A stretch of 64,000 bases of DNA, taken from assembly GCA_965248925.1 (NCBI GenBank), contig CBDFLE010000006.1:4896001-4960000 (forward strand), given 5' to 3'. Within the stretch, counting starts at the first letter, position 1. Every line of letters begins with the position of its first letter. Source of the stretch: Candidatus Multivoradales bacterium (GTDB lineage: Bacteria > Acidobacteriota > Thermoanaerobaculia > Multivoradales > J023). The notes under the pieces are model-generated. The model saw nothing but the letters and a program-made list of their open reading frames with translations, was not told the DNA's origin and searched no databases. Of this stretch, positions 18,022-27,106 are shown in pieces. Position numbers and translations under genes: made by a program.

Positions 18022-21000
18022 ATGAAAACCACCCCCCAGCCCTTCCGTCTGTTCTCCGCCGGCTGCCTGCCGGCCTTGATTCTGGCCCTGCTGCCAGTGC
18101 TCTTCCTCTTGTTACCCGCAATTACTCATGGTGCGCAGCAGCATCCCACTAGCGAGCGTGGATTCGACGCCAAGAAAGCCTACGCCTTTGCCGATACCGA
18201 TCACGTCAGCCTCTACAACGGCGCCCTCACCCTAACCTTCCCCATCGGCCCCACATACAGGGTAGGTCGCGGTCTGTCCTACGCGCTAACCTTGGTTTAC
18301 AGCTCCAAATTGTGGGACTGGGAATTCGAATGTGGCACGGGTAACTGTGGGTCGGTGGCTTGGGCCAACCGCGACAGCAACGGCGGCTTCGGTTGGCAGC
18401 TTTCGCTCGGAAGGCTGGTGGCTCCGCTGACCCCGCCGCGCAACGACACCCCTCGCTGGCTATACATTTCAAGCGATGGTAGCGAACATTTTTTTTACGA
18501 TTCATTGGTCAACGAAGCCCCGGTGGCCAACGTTTACTACAGCCGCGACAGCACTTACTTGCGGCTGAAGAAGGCAGGTAGCCAGTGGCAGCTCGAAGAC
18601 GGCAGCGGTATCACCCACACCTTCAACGCCAATGGCGACCTGCGCCGGCAAGAGGACGCCTTCGGGAACTACCTGACCATCGGCTATGGCGCCAACACCT
18701 GGGATATCGCCGACAGCACCGGCCGTACCCACACCTTGACCTTCGCCAACAAGCTACTTGACGGCGCCCAAGTACCGCACCTCACTCGCGCCAACCTGGC
18801 GGCCTTCGGCGGCCAGCGGGCACTTTGGGACTTCACCTACCAGCTCGCCACCGTCGACCGTCCCGCCCCGTCGCCGAACGAGGGCGCCTACGCGCCGCCG
18901 AGAGCGCATTTCCTGACGAAGATCTCGCTGCCCCACGGCCAGAGCTACGAGATGGGGCCGGTGGCCCAGCGTTACCACCTGTCGCGAGCCACGGACCCCC
19001 GTAGCGTCGGTCAGATCAAAGCGGTCGATTTGCCCACCGGCGGCCTGGTGGCCTGGACGTACGAAGACTACAAATTCTACACTAACGGCGAACCGCTGAG
19101 CGGTCCGGGACGTCCGCGGCTTGAGTTTCAGCTCTCCTCAGGGGTCAGCTCGCGGCGCCTGGTCGACACCGATGGTGGCGAGTTGGGCAAGTGGACTTAC
19201 AGCCAGGCGGTAACCTCGGAGAGTGGCAATCCGGCGGTCGAGTCGGTCACCACGGTCCGGGCACCCTCGGGGCAGAAGACGATCCACTTTTTCTCGACCT
19301 ACCAAGGGGGCACCACCAGCGTTACCACCGCCAACGAACTCGATCTGGGGCTGCCCTTCACGCCGAAGAACCCGGTGGGTGAGCGGCGCCTGTCGCAGCG
19401 GGTACTGTCGGCCGGCGGCACCGACCTTCGCCGGGTCGAGGTAGGCTACAAACGAGACGCCGCCGCGCCAATTAGGGATGTGCAGGTCCGTGGTCAGCTC
19501 GCCCCCGCGGCGCGCGATCGTAATCAACGAATATTCGTTACCCGTACGATCTACAAGGACGACGGCAACAGGTACGCCGAGAACCGCATGTCGGGCTATG
19601 ACGGCGTGGGCCACTATCGGCGCACAGTGCGCAAGGACAACTTCGACGGGGTGAAAACGCGCAACCAGTTCACCCGATATCATCCCGGCGGCATGCCCAA
19701 CACTAACCAAGCCTGGGTCCTCGGAACCTACGACTACCAGACCACCGTCGACACCGGCGGCGCTACCTTGCGCCGTGACACCTGCTTTGATCCGGCGACC
19801 GGCTTCTTGAAAGTCGAGCGGGTGCGCAAGGCCAACCCCTCGCCAAGCTCGGACGACGTGGTGCTCACGATGAGCTACGACCTCGATCCCGGCAGCAAGA
19901 TCGAAACCGTGGTCGTGCGCCATTTCGGCGGTGATACGGGCGCCGTGGCGGCGCCCGGCGACGTCTGTGCGCTGAATCCGGCGCACAGCACTAGCCACGT
20001 TGCTCTGGAACACAAGTGGCAGTACGGCTCGGGCCGCTCAAGCCAATTCTTGAAACTCGATGGCAGCCGCTTCTCCTTCTTCGAAGTGCTCCAGGCGGTT
20101 GATCGGAACAGCGGCCTGATCAGTGCGAGCACCGACCGCTCGGGATTGGTCACCACTCTCAAGTACGACCTTCTTGGCCGCCGAATCGAGTCCAAGCCCT
20201 CTGCCGGCCACGGCGCATGGACGCTATACGCCTACGCCAACACCTTCAACTCGGCTGGCCCCAAGATCGAGATCCGTCACATCGACCGCGATACCACCGC
20301 CTCTCTGGCCAAGCGCGAGCTACGCTTCGACGGTATCGGCCGGTTGATCTTAGAGCGCCAGCGCCAGCCTAGCGGGCTGTGGGCCAAACGGGTGACCGCC
20401 TACAGCGGCGAGGGTTGGACCCAGAGTCAGTCCGAGTGGTACCGCCCCGCGAGCACCGTCCACCGCACTTATTTCGATCACGACGCCTTTGGCCGGGTGA
20501 TCAAGGTCGTGCCTCCCGATGGCGCAACCCACGATGTGCGAGTGACCTACGTTGGCGATCGGCGGGTGAAGCGCTGGGGGCGGGTGGGAACCTCGGTGGC
20601 TGGGAACGGCAGCGTCAACCAAACCCAGTTTGCCACCGAAGAGACTTACGATGGCTATGGCCGGCTGGTGCGGGTATCCGAGCCCGCAGGCGGTCTGCTG
20701 GCGACCTACTTTTACGACTCCGGCGATCGGTTGAAACAGGCTAATCTGAAGGGCGGTAGCACCACCCAGATTCGTACTTTCGAGTACGACGGTCGAGGCT
20801 TTCTCCGCTCCGAGAATCACCCCGAGGCGCAGCAGATCACCTACAGCAACTACGACTCTCGTGGCAAGGCCCGCCGCCGGGTGCAGGCCGGCGTCGACCT
20901 GTCCTACACCTATGATCGGGCCGAGCGCTTGACCTTGGTTCGCGAAGGCTCGGCCGGCAATAGGGTCCTCAAAGAGCTGACCTACGCCACCACCAACGTG

Positions 21001-22959
21001 GGCAGCAACCGACGCCGAGGCAAGCTAGAGAAGGCGGTGCGCCACAACTACGTCTTCAGCCCCCTCCTCCCCGGCAAGGTGCTCGACGCGACGGTCACCG
21101 AGACTTACACCTACAAAGGCCGCGACGGGCGACCCTCAAGCAGGCGCACCCGCGCCGAGGTCAACGGTACGCTAGTGACCGACTTCAACCAGTCATGGGC
21201 TTTCGACGGCCTCGGCCAAGTAACCCAGCTGGGCTACCCGCGCTGCTCAGGCATCACCAATTGCCCCAACGTGACAGCGCCCTCGCCCAACCGCAGTTTC
21301 ACCCACGCCCTGGGCTACTTGGTAGCGGTGCCGGGCTACGCCAGCTCCCTGACCTACCATCCAAGCGGTATGATAGCCAACGTTGTGCATACCAACGGCC
21401 TCACCGATGTTTGGGACGAAGATCTAGGCCGGCCCCGGCCGAGCAGGATCAGTGTCACCGGTACGGTAGCCACCAGCCTGGGTGACCACAGCTATGACGG
21501 ATCCGGAAACCTGGTCCGCCGCCGCTTTGCCGGCGTCTTCGACGATCATTACACTTACGACGGCTTGAACCGAATCAAGGTCTTCGAAGATTCCTCCGGC
21601 GACCAAGGCTATCAATACGATCCGTTCGGCAATCTGACCGGCATCACCGGAGTCAACGGCCGCACCCTGGCCGTCAATCGAGCCACCAATCGGCTCAGCG
21701 GCGCGGTGGTCTACGACGGTCGTGGCAACGTCCTCGCCTGGGGCTCGCAGCTTTATTCCTACGATGCTTTAGGCATGATGAGCACCCGCAACTATCCCGA
21801 AGACACCTACATCTACACCGCAGACGAAGAGCGCCTGTGGACCTTCCACTGGCAGGGCTCCTTCGAGAGCCTGGTCGAGACCTGGACCGTCCGCGATCTT
21901 GACGCCAAAGTGCTGTCGATCTTCGAGAACCCCAAAGGCACCAATCCCTGGACCTTCCTCAAGGACTACGTATATCGCGGCGGCCAGCTGCTGGCCGCCG
22001 ACACTCATTTGACGAGCCGCCGGTCGCGACAGCACTTCAGCCTTGACCACCTGGGCAGTTCGCGGCTGACTACCGACCGCAACGGTGCGCCGATCGCCAG
22101 CCACACTTACTACCCGTATGGCGAGGAGGTGGCTACCGCTTTTGACTCAGAGCAACTCAGGTTTACTGGGCACGAGCGAGATTTTGCTGGCGGAACCTAT
22201 GATTTGGACTACATGCATGCTCGGCATTGCAGTCCGCAGCTGGGGCGGTTCTTGAGTGTGGATCCGGTTCTGCTTTCCAGCGTCGCTCTTCCGGCCCCCC
22301 AACAGTGGAACCGCTTCAACTATGCGATCAACAACCCGCTCAATGTCACAGACCCAACTGGGATGTATGTAGTTAACTGCGCTGGCGATCCAAAGTGCAA
22401 GTATAACTCAAATAGATTTGAGAAAGCTCGCCAGAGTAACCTGGGGGCCACTAGAGAAGGAGTGGCAGCAACAGCTTCTGCCTATGGGGGCCCAGGAGTA
22501 AAAAATGGTGTTGAAGTTGTGTTTGGGTCTACGAAGCCCGGTTCCGCAGCCAATGCGAGCTTCGACATTACCTTCAAACAAGGCAGCGGATTTAGCCTTG
22601 CTGCGATCATTACTATTCAACCCAGCCTGGACAACGATGAAATGCGGGCAACCGTTGGACACGAAGGGCAGCACTTGGTCGACGCTCAGGCATTTTTCAA
22701 CACTTTCACGGACGCAGGCACCTATGATTCCTCAAAGAACTTAACGACTTTTCAAACAGAGACGAACGCCTTTTGGATAACGCAACGGATTCTAAGCCTC
22801 GACAATAGTTCCTTTGCTTACGAGGTAAAGGGTGCCAGTACGGTTCGCCTTAAGGGCATGGATTCTAAAGCGCGCGTTGAGTCGAAGATCAATAAGATCT
22901 TGTCGGGGTCGTTGTATAGAAACGAACTGAAACGTCTGATGTTTCCTAATTTGCCGTAA
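18022..22959 (+). CDS. RHS/YD-repeat polymorphic toxin with signal peptide and C-terminal HExxH domain
   Basis: Signal peptide, YD repeats (YDLLGRR, YDGYGRL, YDGRG), RHS core DHLGSSRL..YYPYGE..RFTGHERD..LDYMHAR..GRFLSVDP..YAINNPL..DPTG. C-terminal tip (from 22363) has lower GC and contains HEGQH..E. Confidence 0.93.
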   Translation: MKTTPQPFRLFSAGCLPALILALLPVLFLLLPAITHGAQQHPTSERGFDAKKAYAFADTDHVSLYNGALTLTFPIGPTYRVGRGLSYALTLVYSSKLWDWEFECGTGNCGSVAWANRDSNGGFGWQLSLGRLVAPLTPPRNDTPRWLYISSDGSEHFFYDSLVNEAPVANVYYSRDSTYLRLKKAGSQWQLEDGSGITHTFNANGDLRRQEDAFGNYLTIGYGANTWDIADSTGRTHTLTFANKLLDGAQVPHLTRANLAAFGGQRALWDFTYQLATVDRPAPSPNEGAYAPPRAHFLTKISLPHGQSYEMGPVAQRYHLSRATDPRSVGQIKAVDLPTGGLVAWTYEDYKFYTNGEPLSGPGRPRLEFQLSSGVSSRRLVDTDGGELGKWTYSQAVTSESGNPAVESVTTVRAPSGQKTIHFFSTYQGGTTSVTTANELDLGLPFTPKNPVGERRLSQRVLSAGGTDLRRVEVGYKRDAAAPIRDVQVRGQLAPAARDRNQRIFVTRTIYKDDGNRYAENRMSGYDGVGHYRRTVRKDNFDGVKTRNQFTRYHPGGMPNTNQAWVLGTYDYQTTVDTGGATLRRDTCFDPATGFLKVERVRKANPSPSSDDVVLTMSYDLDPGSKIETVVVRHFGGDTGAVAAPGDVCALNPAHSTSHVALEHKWQYGSGRSSQFLKLDGSRFSFFEVLQAVDRNSGLISASTDRSGLVTTLKYDLLGRRIESKPSAGHGAWTLYAYANTFNSAGPKIEIRHIDRDTTASLAKRELRFDGIGRLILERQRQPSGLWAKRVTAYSGEGWTQSQSEWYRPASTVHRTYFDHDAFGRVIKVVPPDGATHDVRVTYVGDRRVKRWGRVGTSVAGNGSVNQTQFATEETYDGYGRLVRVSEPAGGLLATYFYDSGDRLKQANLKGGSTTQIRTFEYDGRGFLRSENHPEAQQITYSNYDSRGKARRRVQAGVDLSYTYDRAERLTLVREGSAGNRVLKELTYATTNVGSNRRRGKLEKAVRHNYVFSPLLPGKVLDATVTETYTYKGRDGRPSSRRTRAEVNGTLVTDFNQSWAFDGLGQVTQLGYPRCSGITNCPNVTAPSPNRSFTHALGYLVAVPGYASSLTYHPSGMIANVVHTNGLTDVWDEDLGRPRPSRISVTGTVATSLGDHSYDGSGNLVRRRFAGVFDDHYTYDGLNRIKVFEDSSGDQGYQYDPFGNLTGITGVNGRTLAVNRATNRLSGAVVYDGRGNVLAWGSQLYSYDALGMMSTRNYPEDTYIYTADEERLWTFHWQGSFESLVETWTVRDLDAKVLSIFENPKGTNPWTFLKDYVYRGGQLLAADTHLTSRRSRQHFSLDHLGSSRLTTDRNGAPIASHTYYPYGEEVATAFDSEQLRFTGHERDFAGGTYDLDYMHARHCSPQLGRFLSVDPVLLSSVALPAPQQWNRFNYAINNPLNVTDPTGMYVVNCAGDPKCKYNSNRFEKARQSNLGATREGVAATASAYGGPGVKNGVEVVFGSTKPGSAANASFDITFKQGSGFSLAAIITIQPSLDNDEMRATVGHEGQHLVDAQAFFNTFTDAGTYDSSKNLTTFQTETNAFWITQRILSLDNSSFAYEVKGASTVRLKGMDSKARVESKINKILSGSLYRNELKRLMFPNLP

Positions 22960-22980
22960 TCAACAACTTCGAGGTCCATT

Positions 22981-23205
22981 ATGCAAGATTTAGCTCGAAC
23001 TGCCTGGGTTGCCTGCATTCTCTCTTTGAGTTTCTTGCATTGCGGGCTCACGAACGCGGCAGAGCACGAGTTGAGCCCGTTGCGAGAAGTAAAAACGGCA
23101 ACAATTTTCGTTCTCGTAGTTTATGATCGGGGGCGAATAAGGAGACCTGACGATTGGCTCCTGTCGCCCATCAACTTTCAGGCCCTGTCTACGCCGGGAA
23201 ACTAG
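22981..23205 (+). pseudogene. Cognate immunity-like exported protein, apparently truncated
   Basis: Directly downstream of the RHS gene, with signal peptide. LSPLREVKTATIFVLV resembles LSPLDHVTSVSLSILV of 23507..24118, but the ORF is only 74 aa. Confidence 0.5.
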
Positions 23206-23346
23206 AAAAAGTGACTCTCCTCAACTTGCAGTGGGTGATTTCAGCCGGCAAGGGTAGAGAAATGCCCTGAACACCGGTGTTTACGGCACCTGAGCCTCTC
23301 CCAGCTCCTTGCACACACGCCTGAGCCCCGATCGCCGCCGCCGCCG

Positions 23347-23414
23347 GCCCTGTGGGAGGGGCGGTAAGCCGCGGCAGGGCGGGGGTCTCCGGCTTTCCGC
23401 GCCTTCCACAGGGC
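23347..23414. repeat. Long imperfect inverted repeat, possibly an IS-end remnant
   Basis: GCCCTGTGGGAGGGGCGGTAAGCCG ... CGGCTTTCCGCGCCTTCCACAGGGC (25-bp arms, 3 mismatches). Confidence 0.6.
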
Positions 23415-23506
23415 ATCTGCAAAGCCACCAAGGAACCCACTCCTATTTGAGGAGAGCCGAAAAAGTCTTGTTTCCAAACTTTCAATAGAGAAGCGAGGAG
23501 ATCAGA

Positions 23507-24118
23507 ATGCAGATTCAAGTCGAACGTCTTTGTTTCGTTATCCTAGTCTTTGTGGGCCTTGGCTCAGCGTGCCACGGCGACATGCTTCGCCCGCTCAGCC
23601 CACTCGACCATGTCACATCAGTATCACTGTCCATCTTGGTTGGTTCGAAGATGGGTCTCGAAGAAGACTCCACAACTTGTGAGATCTTCTATGGCGAACC
23701 TCAAAGGGAACAACGGTTTCAGGACGCAGTGTCCCGAGCGCTAGCGCCAGCGCTCCATGCCTCTGGCATTGCGCTCGACAACAATGCAAAAAGCGAGATT
23801 CTCGTGTACGTGTACGGCCACGGCCGTCGAGAGAATGATGGGAGCTGTGACCAGTACGTCTACCTGGTCGCAGTTGACGCCTATAACGCCGAGGTCGAGC
23901 CGGAAGAGTATGGGGAGATCGATCGAATCATTGGGCTCGTAGAAGGCGAGGCTCTTGAGGCTGTTTTGGCGAATACAGCCATTGAGATTGTGATACGCGA
24001 AATCGAAGGGCGTGTTGCCGCGGGCGAGCCCCGATCCTACCTGATTAGTTCTTCGCGCTTCAAGATAGTTCCGAATGCGTCTGCTGCTAGCGCTAGGAAA
24101 GAGATGGAGGACCCCTAG
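23507..24118 (+). CDS. Exported/lipoprotein, putative orphan RHS immunity protein
   Basis: RBS GAGGAG, signal peptide with LGSAC. Preceded by a toxin-tip remnant. Lower GC. Confidence 0.65.
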   Translation: MQIQVERLCFVILVFVGLGSACHGDMLRPLSPLDHVTSVSLSILVGSKMGLEEDSTTCEIFYGEPQREQRFQDAVSRALAPALHASGIALDNNAKSEILVYVYGHGRRENDGSCDQYVYLVAVDAYNAEVEPEEYGEIDRIIGLVEGEALEAVLANTAIEIVIREIEGRVAAGEPRSYLISSSRFKIVPNASAASARKEMEDP

Positions 24119-24153
24119 CTCCACTTAGTCAGAGTCCAAGATTAACTTTCACA

Positions 24154-24666
24154 ATGTCAATGAGAAGAAACCAGACGAGGTCTATTATGTCGTGTTCAGG
24201 GATTTCTAGACCGCTTCTCTTATTGTTGCTAGGTCTACTTGGTTGCGCCCCAGCAACGATTGGATCACCTCCAATCATCGCCGCATACTCTACAGGCGGA
24301 ATTGTTCCGCTTGTAACGCGCATCGACGCCTATCCGGAGCAGCGACTCGTCTTGCTTTCGTCGAGTTACTGCGGCAAGAAGCAGCTGCACTTGTCTCGTC
24401 CGGATATGGAGCAACTTACAGCGCTACTCGAGATGCTCGCAGAACTTGACCTGCCTTCAACTGAAGAACAAGACGACCCAGAAGCGGCCGGATTTTATCT
24501 GGCCATTTTTGGTCACGAGATAAGCGGGCTGAGAGGGCCTGCTGACTCTCAAGTCTCGAGCTTGCTAAGTAAGGTCAGCAGCCTCATTGGCGAGGAAGCG
24601 GGCCGTTATCCTGTTTTCGGGCAAACGAATGCAGCTGCACTAAGGTTCACTAAGCAACGGCAATAA
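24154..24666 (+). CDS. Putative lipoprotein, orphan immunity candidate
   Basis: Lipobox LLGC after a hydrophobic run. Lies in the low-GC array after the RHS gene. Start may be ATG 24188. Confidence 0.6.
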   Translation: MSMRRNQTRSIMSCSGISRPLLLLLLGLLGCAPATIGSPPIIAAYSTGGIVPLVTRIDAYPEQRLVLLSSSYCGKKQLHLSRPDMEQLTALLEMLAELDLPSTEEQDDPEAAGFYLAIFGHEISGLRGPADSQVSSLLSKVSSLIGEEAGRYPVFGQTNAAALRFTKQRQ

Positions 24667-24677
24667 GGTGGTTAACG

Positions 24678-25208
24678 ATGCGAAACTACATCAATGTTCT
24701 CCTTTTTACTGCAGTGCTACTAGTGAGTCCATTGGCGGCAACGTCCCTCCTTCGCGTTGATCTCGTAGAGATCACAGAGGCTGCGTTCAGATTCAACGCC
24801 TACCTGAGTTACGGTGCTGACGATGAACTCAAACCACTGGCACGGAAACTGAATTTGGCCGGAAACGGAGGGCGATTCGAAAAACAGCTGAAAAAATGCG
24901 GCGTAACAGCGATTCATAGCGGAGGTATTGGTTCAATTCTTGTTCATGTCGCCTTATGGCCCAGAGAACGTGCCGGCGCGGAAGACGATCGAGTATTGGT
25001 TTCCGTCAGTGTCTACGTGGCACGAAAGGGGTTTGTTGAAAGGGACGCCGGGACAGACCCAGCCTACGTCGAAATCTGGAGTCGCCTGAACGTCCATGAA
25101 CTCGCTAGAGGAGATGTCATCTCCACCGTCCTCGGCGAAACGGAAGATTGGCTCGGCACGCTGTGTTCAGAAATTAGATTTGCCAGGGACTATCTCCAGC
25201 GACAGTAG
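24678..25208 (+). CDS. Exported protein, orphan immunity candidate
   Basis: Signal peptide MRNYINVLLFTAVLLVSPLAA. Followed by hairpin TCGGGGGTTC..GGACCCCCGA at about 25218-25245. Confidence 0.65.
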   Translation: MRNYINVLLFTAVLLVSPLAATSLLRVDLVEITEAAFRFNAYLSYGADDELKPLARKLNLAGNGGRFEKQLKKCGVTAIHSGGIGSILVHVALWPRERAGAEDDRVLVSVSVYVARKGFVERDAGTDPAYVEIWSRLNVHELARGDVISTVLGETEDWLGTLCSEIRFARDYLQRQ

Positions 25209-25818
25209 TGCGTAGAATCGGGGGTTCGCTAGTGGGACCCCCGACTCCCGCCAAGGAGGTGCCAATCATATATTGAGAGGAGCACGTCCAGCGCGCCGCG
25301 GTGCTGCTGAAATCAGTCGCTCAGGCCGCTACGCGGAGTGTTTTCTGCGGGCCTGGCGAGGCAACATCGTCTTTCGAGGACAGGGACGCTCGGCAACGCG
25401 CCTGGCACTGACTTTTGGGCAGCCGGTGGCACTGAGCACCCCTCTCGGGTGCAGTCGTCAGCCGGTTAGTTATTCACTAGGATCTCAGAAGTAGTCGACC
25501 GGCCACCTCTACCCGGGTGCCAGAGACTCGACTGGCCGCACCAAGGGCGGTGCTGGTGGAAAGCTGCCGCATCGGCTCTTCCTCATGCCCAGTCTCTCAT
25601 TTTGACTGGACCAGAATCTTGGGAGCACTTCACAGCCAAATCGTTCGCATGCGGGGGATCTCCTGAGAAACGGTCTGAAATGTCTGGCAGGTTCGCGCCG
25701 TGCCACTCGCAAGACTCAAAGGCTGGATCAGCGCGACAGGTAGAACCGAATAACAGTAGATTCGCAATAGGTGCCGAGGATCTGACACGAATTCTGAATT
25801 TCTCCGCAGGAGAAACTG

Positions 25819-26139
25819 ATGATTCTGAGAATGTGGACTGGGTGGACGACGGCAGAGAACGCCGAGGCTTATGAGACGCTGCTGCGCGAGGAGATCTTCC
25901 CGGGTATTGCAGCGAAAGCGGTCGTTGGCTATCGAGGCATTCAGCTCTTGCGTCGGGAATCGGCGGCAGGCGAAGTCGAGTTCGTCACTCTGATGCGCTT
26001 CGACTCCTGGCAGGCAGTGCAGAAATTTGCCGGCGAAGATCTCGAACGCGCCTATGTGCCGGCGAGTGCCCGGCTAGTCCTCAAGCGCTTCGATCAGCGC
26101 TCGCGGCACTTCGAGCTGCGGGCCGACATAGAACCCTGA
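25819..26139 (+). CDS. Antibiotic biosynthesis monooxygenase-like dimeric alpha/beta barrel protein
   Basis: MILRMWTGWT..YE..GYRGIQLLRR..EVEFVTLMRFDS..FAGED..AYVP. RBS AGGAG. Confidence 0.85.
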   Translation: MILRMWTGWTTAENAEAYETLLREEIFPGIAAKAVVGYRGIQLLRRESAAGEVEFVTLMRFDSWQAVQKFAGEDLERAYVPASARLVLKRFDQRSRHFELRADIEP

Positions 26140-26143
26140 GAGC

Positions 26144-26620
26144 CTAGAGCCAGCGCCGCACGGAACGTTGGTAGGCCGAGTAGGCGTCGCCGAACTTGCT
26201 GCTCAAGTACTCCTCTTCGTGGCGCACCGCGGTGAGGTAGACCAGGGCCAGGGCTAGCGGCACCATGGCCAAGATCCAGCCGTTGGCGCGAAAGGTGGCG
26301 AAGGCGGCCTGGGTCAGCGCCATGCCGACGTACATCGGGTTGCGGGTGTATTTGTAGATCCCGGTCGAGATGATCGCGGGAGTGGGTTGCCACGGCTTGG
26401 GATCTTGGCCGCTGCGGCGGAAAAGGCCGAGGGCGGTAGCTAGCAGAGCGCTGCCGAGGATGGCGAAAAGCAGGGTGGCGGCGCGCAGCTGGCCGGTGGA
26501 ACCTGGCAACGGCAGCGCCAGGACCCAGCGTTGCAAGGCGAAACCGAGCACTATGGTGGCCAGGAACGCTAGCGGCGGCGCCAAGCGCACCTTGGCGTTG
26601 TCTTGGTTTTCAGAACTCAT
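26144..26620 (-). CDS. Isoprenylcysteine carboxyl methyltransferase / PEMT family membrane protein
   Basis: TGIYKYTRNPMYVG and HEEEYL..KFGDAY..Y..VRRWL. Confidence 0.9.
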   Translation of the reverse strand: MSSENQDNAKVRLAPPLAFLATIVLGFALQRWVLALPLPGSTGQLRAATLLFAILGSALLATALGLFRRSGQDPKPWQPTPAIISTGIYKYTRNPMYVGMALTQAAFATFRANGWILAMVPLALALVYLTAVRHEEEYLSSKFGDAYSAYQRSVRRWL

Positions 26621-26714
26621 CGGCCGAGACTACCCTACCCACCGTGAATAGCTCACCCACACAGCCGTATTCTAGCTTGGATCCCAATTCACATCCCCCC
26701 TAGGAGACTCAAAA

Positions 26715-27053
26715 ATGCACCACGACGAGTTGCTCTTTGTAGGTACCCATGGCCACGTCCTTGCCCTCAACAAGGCAAACGGCAGGGAGGTTTGGGCGAC
26801 CAGCCTGCCCAAGACTGGTTACTCACTGGTATCGATCTTGGTGGACGATGGAGTGCTCTTCTGTGCCTCAGGCGGCCGCACCTTCGCTCTCGATATCTCT
26901 AACGGTGAGGTCCTGTGGACCAATCAGCTCAAAGGCAAAGGCAGCGGCTTGGTTTACTTGGCCAGCATCAATCAGGCAAGTACTGAGACCCCTTTCGCCA
27001 GTGAAGCGGAGGCAGCCAAGAGGCGAGCCGCGGCGGCTCGCGCCGCATCCTAA
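26715..27053 (+). CDS. Small PQQ-type beta-propeller repeat protein
   Basis: VLALNKANGREVW and FALDISNGEVLWTNQL repeats. RBS AGGAG. Confidence 0.8.
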   Translation: MHHDELLFVGTHGHVLALNKANGREVWATSLPKTGYSLVSILVDDGVLFCASGGRTFALDISNGEVLWTNQLKGKGSGLVYLASINQASTETPFASEAEAAKRRAAAARAAS

Positions 27054-27106
27054 GGAGATTTGGTCCTCCCCTTGAGGAAAAATGCCCCGCCGCAAATCCG
27101 CGGCCC

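Noticed and set aside
25209-25818. Short ORFs in the gap after the immunity array
   Set aside because: No RBS, motif or RHS-core similarity that I could recognise.
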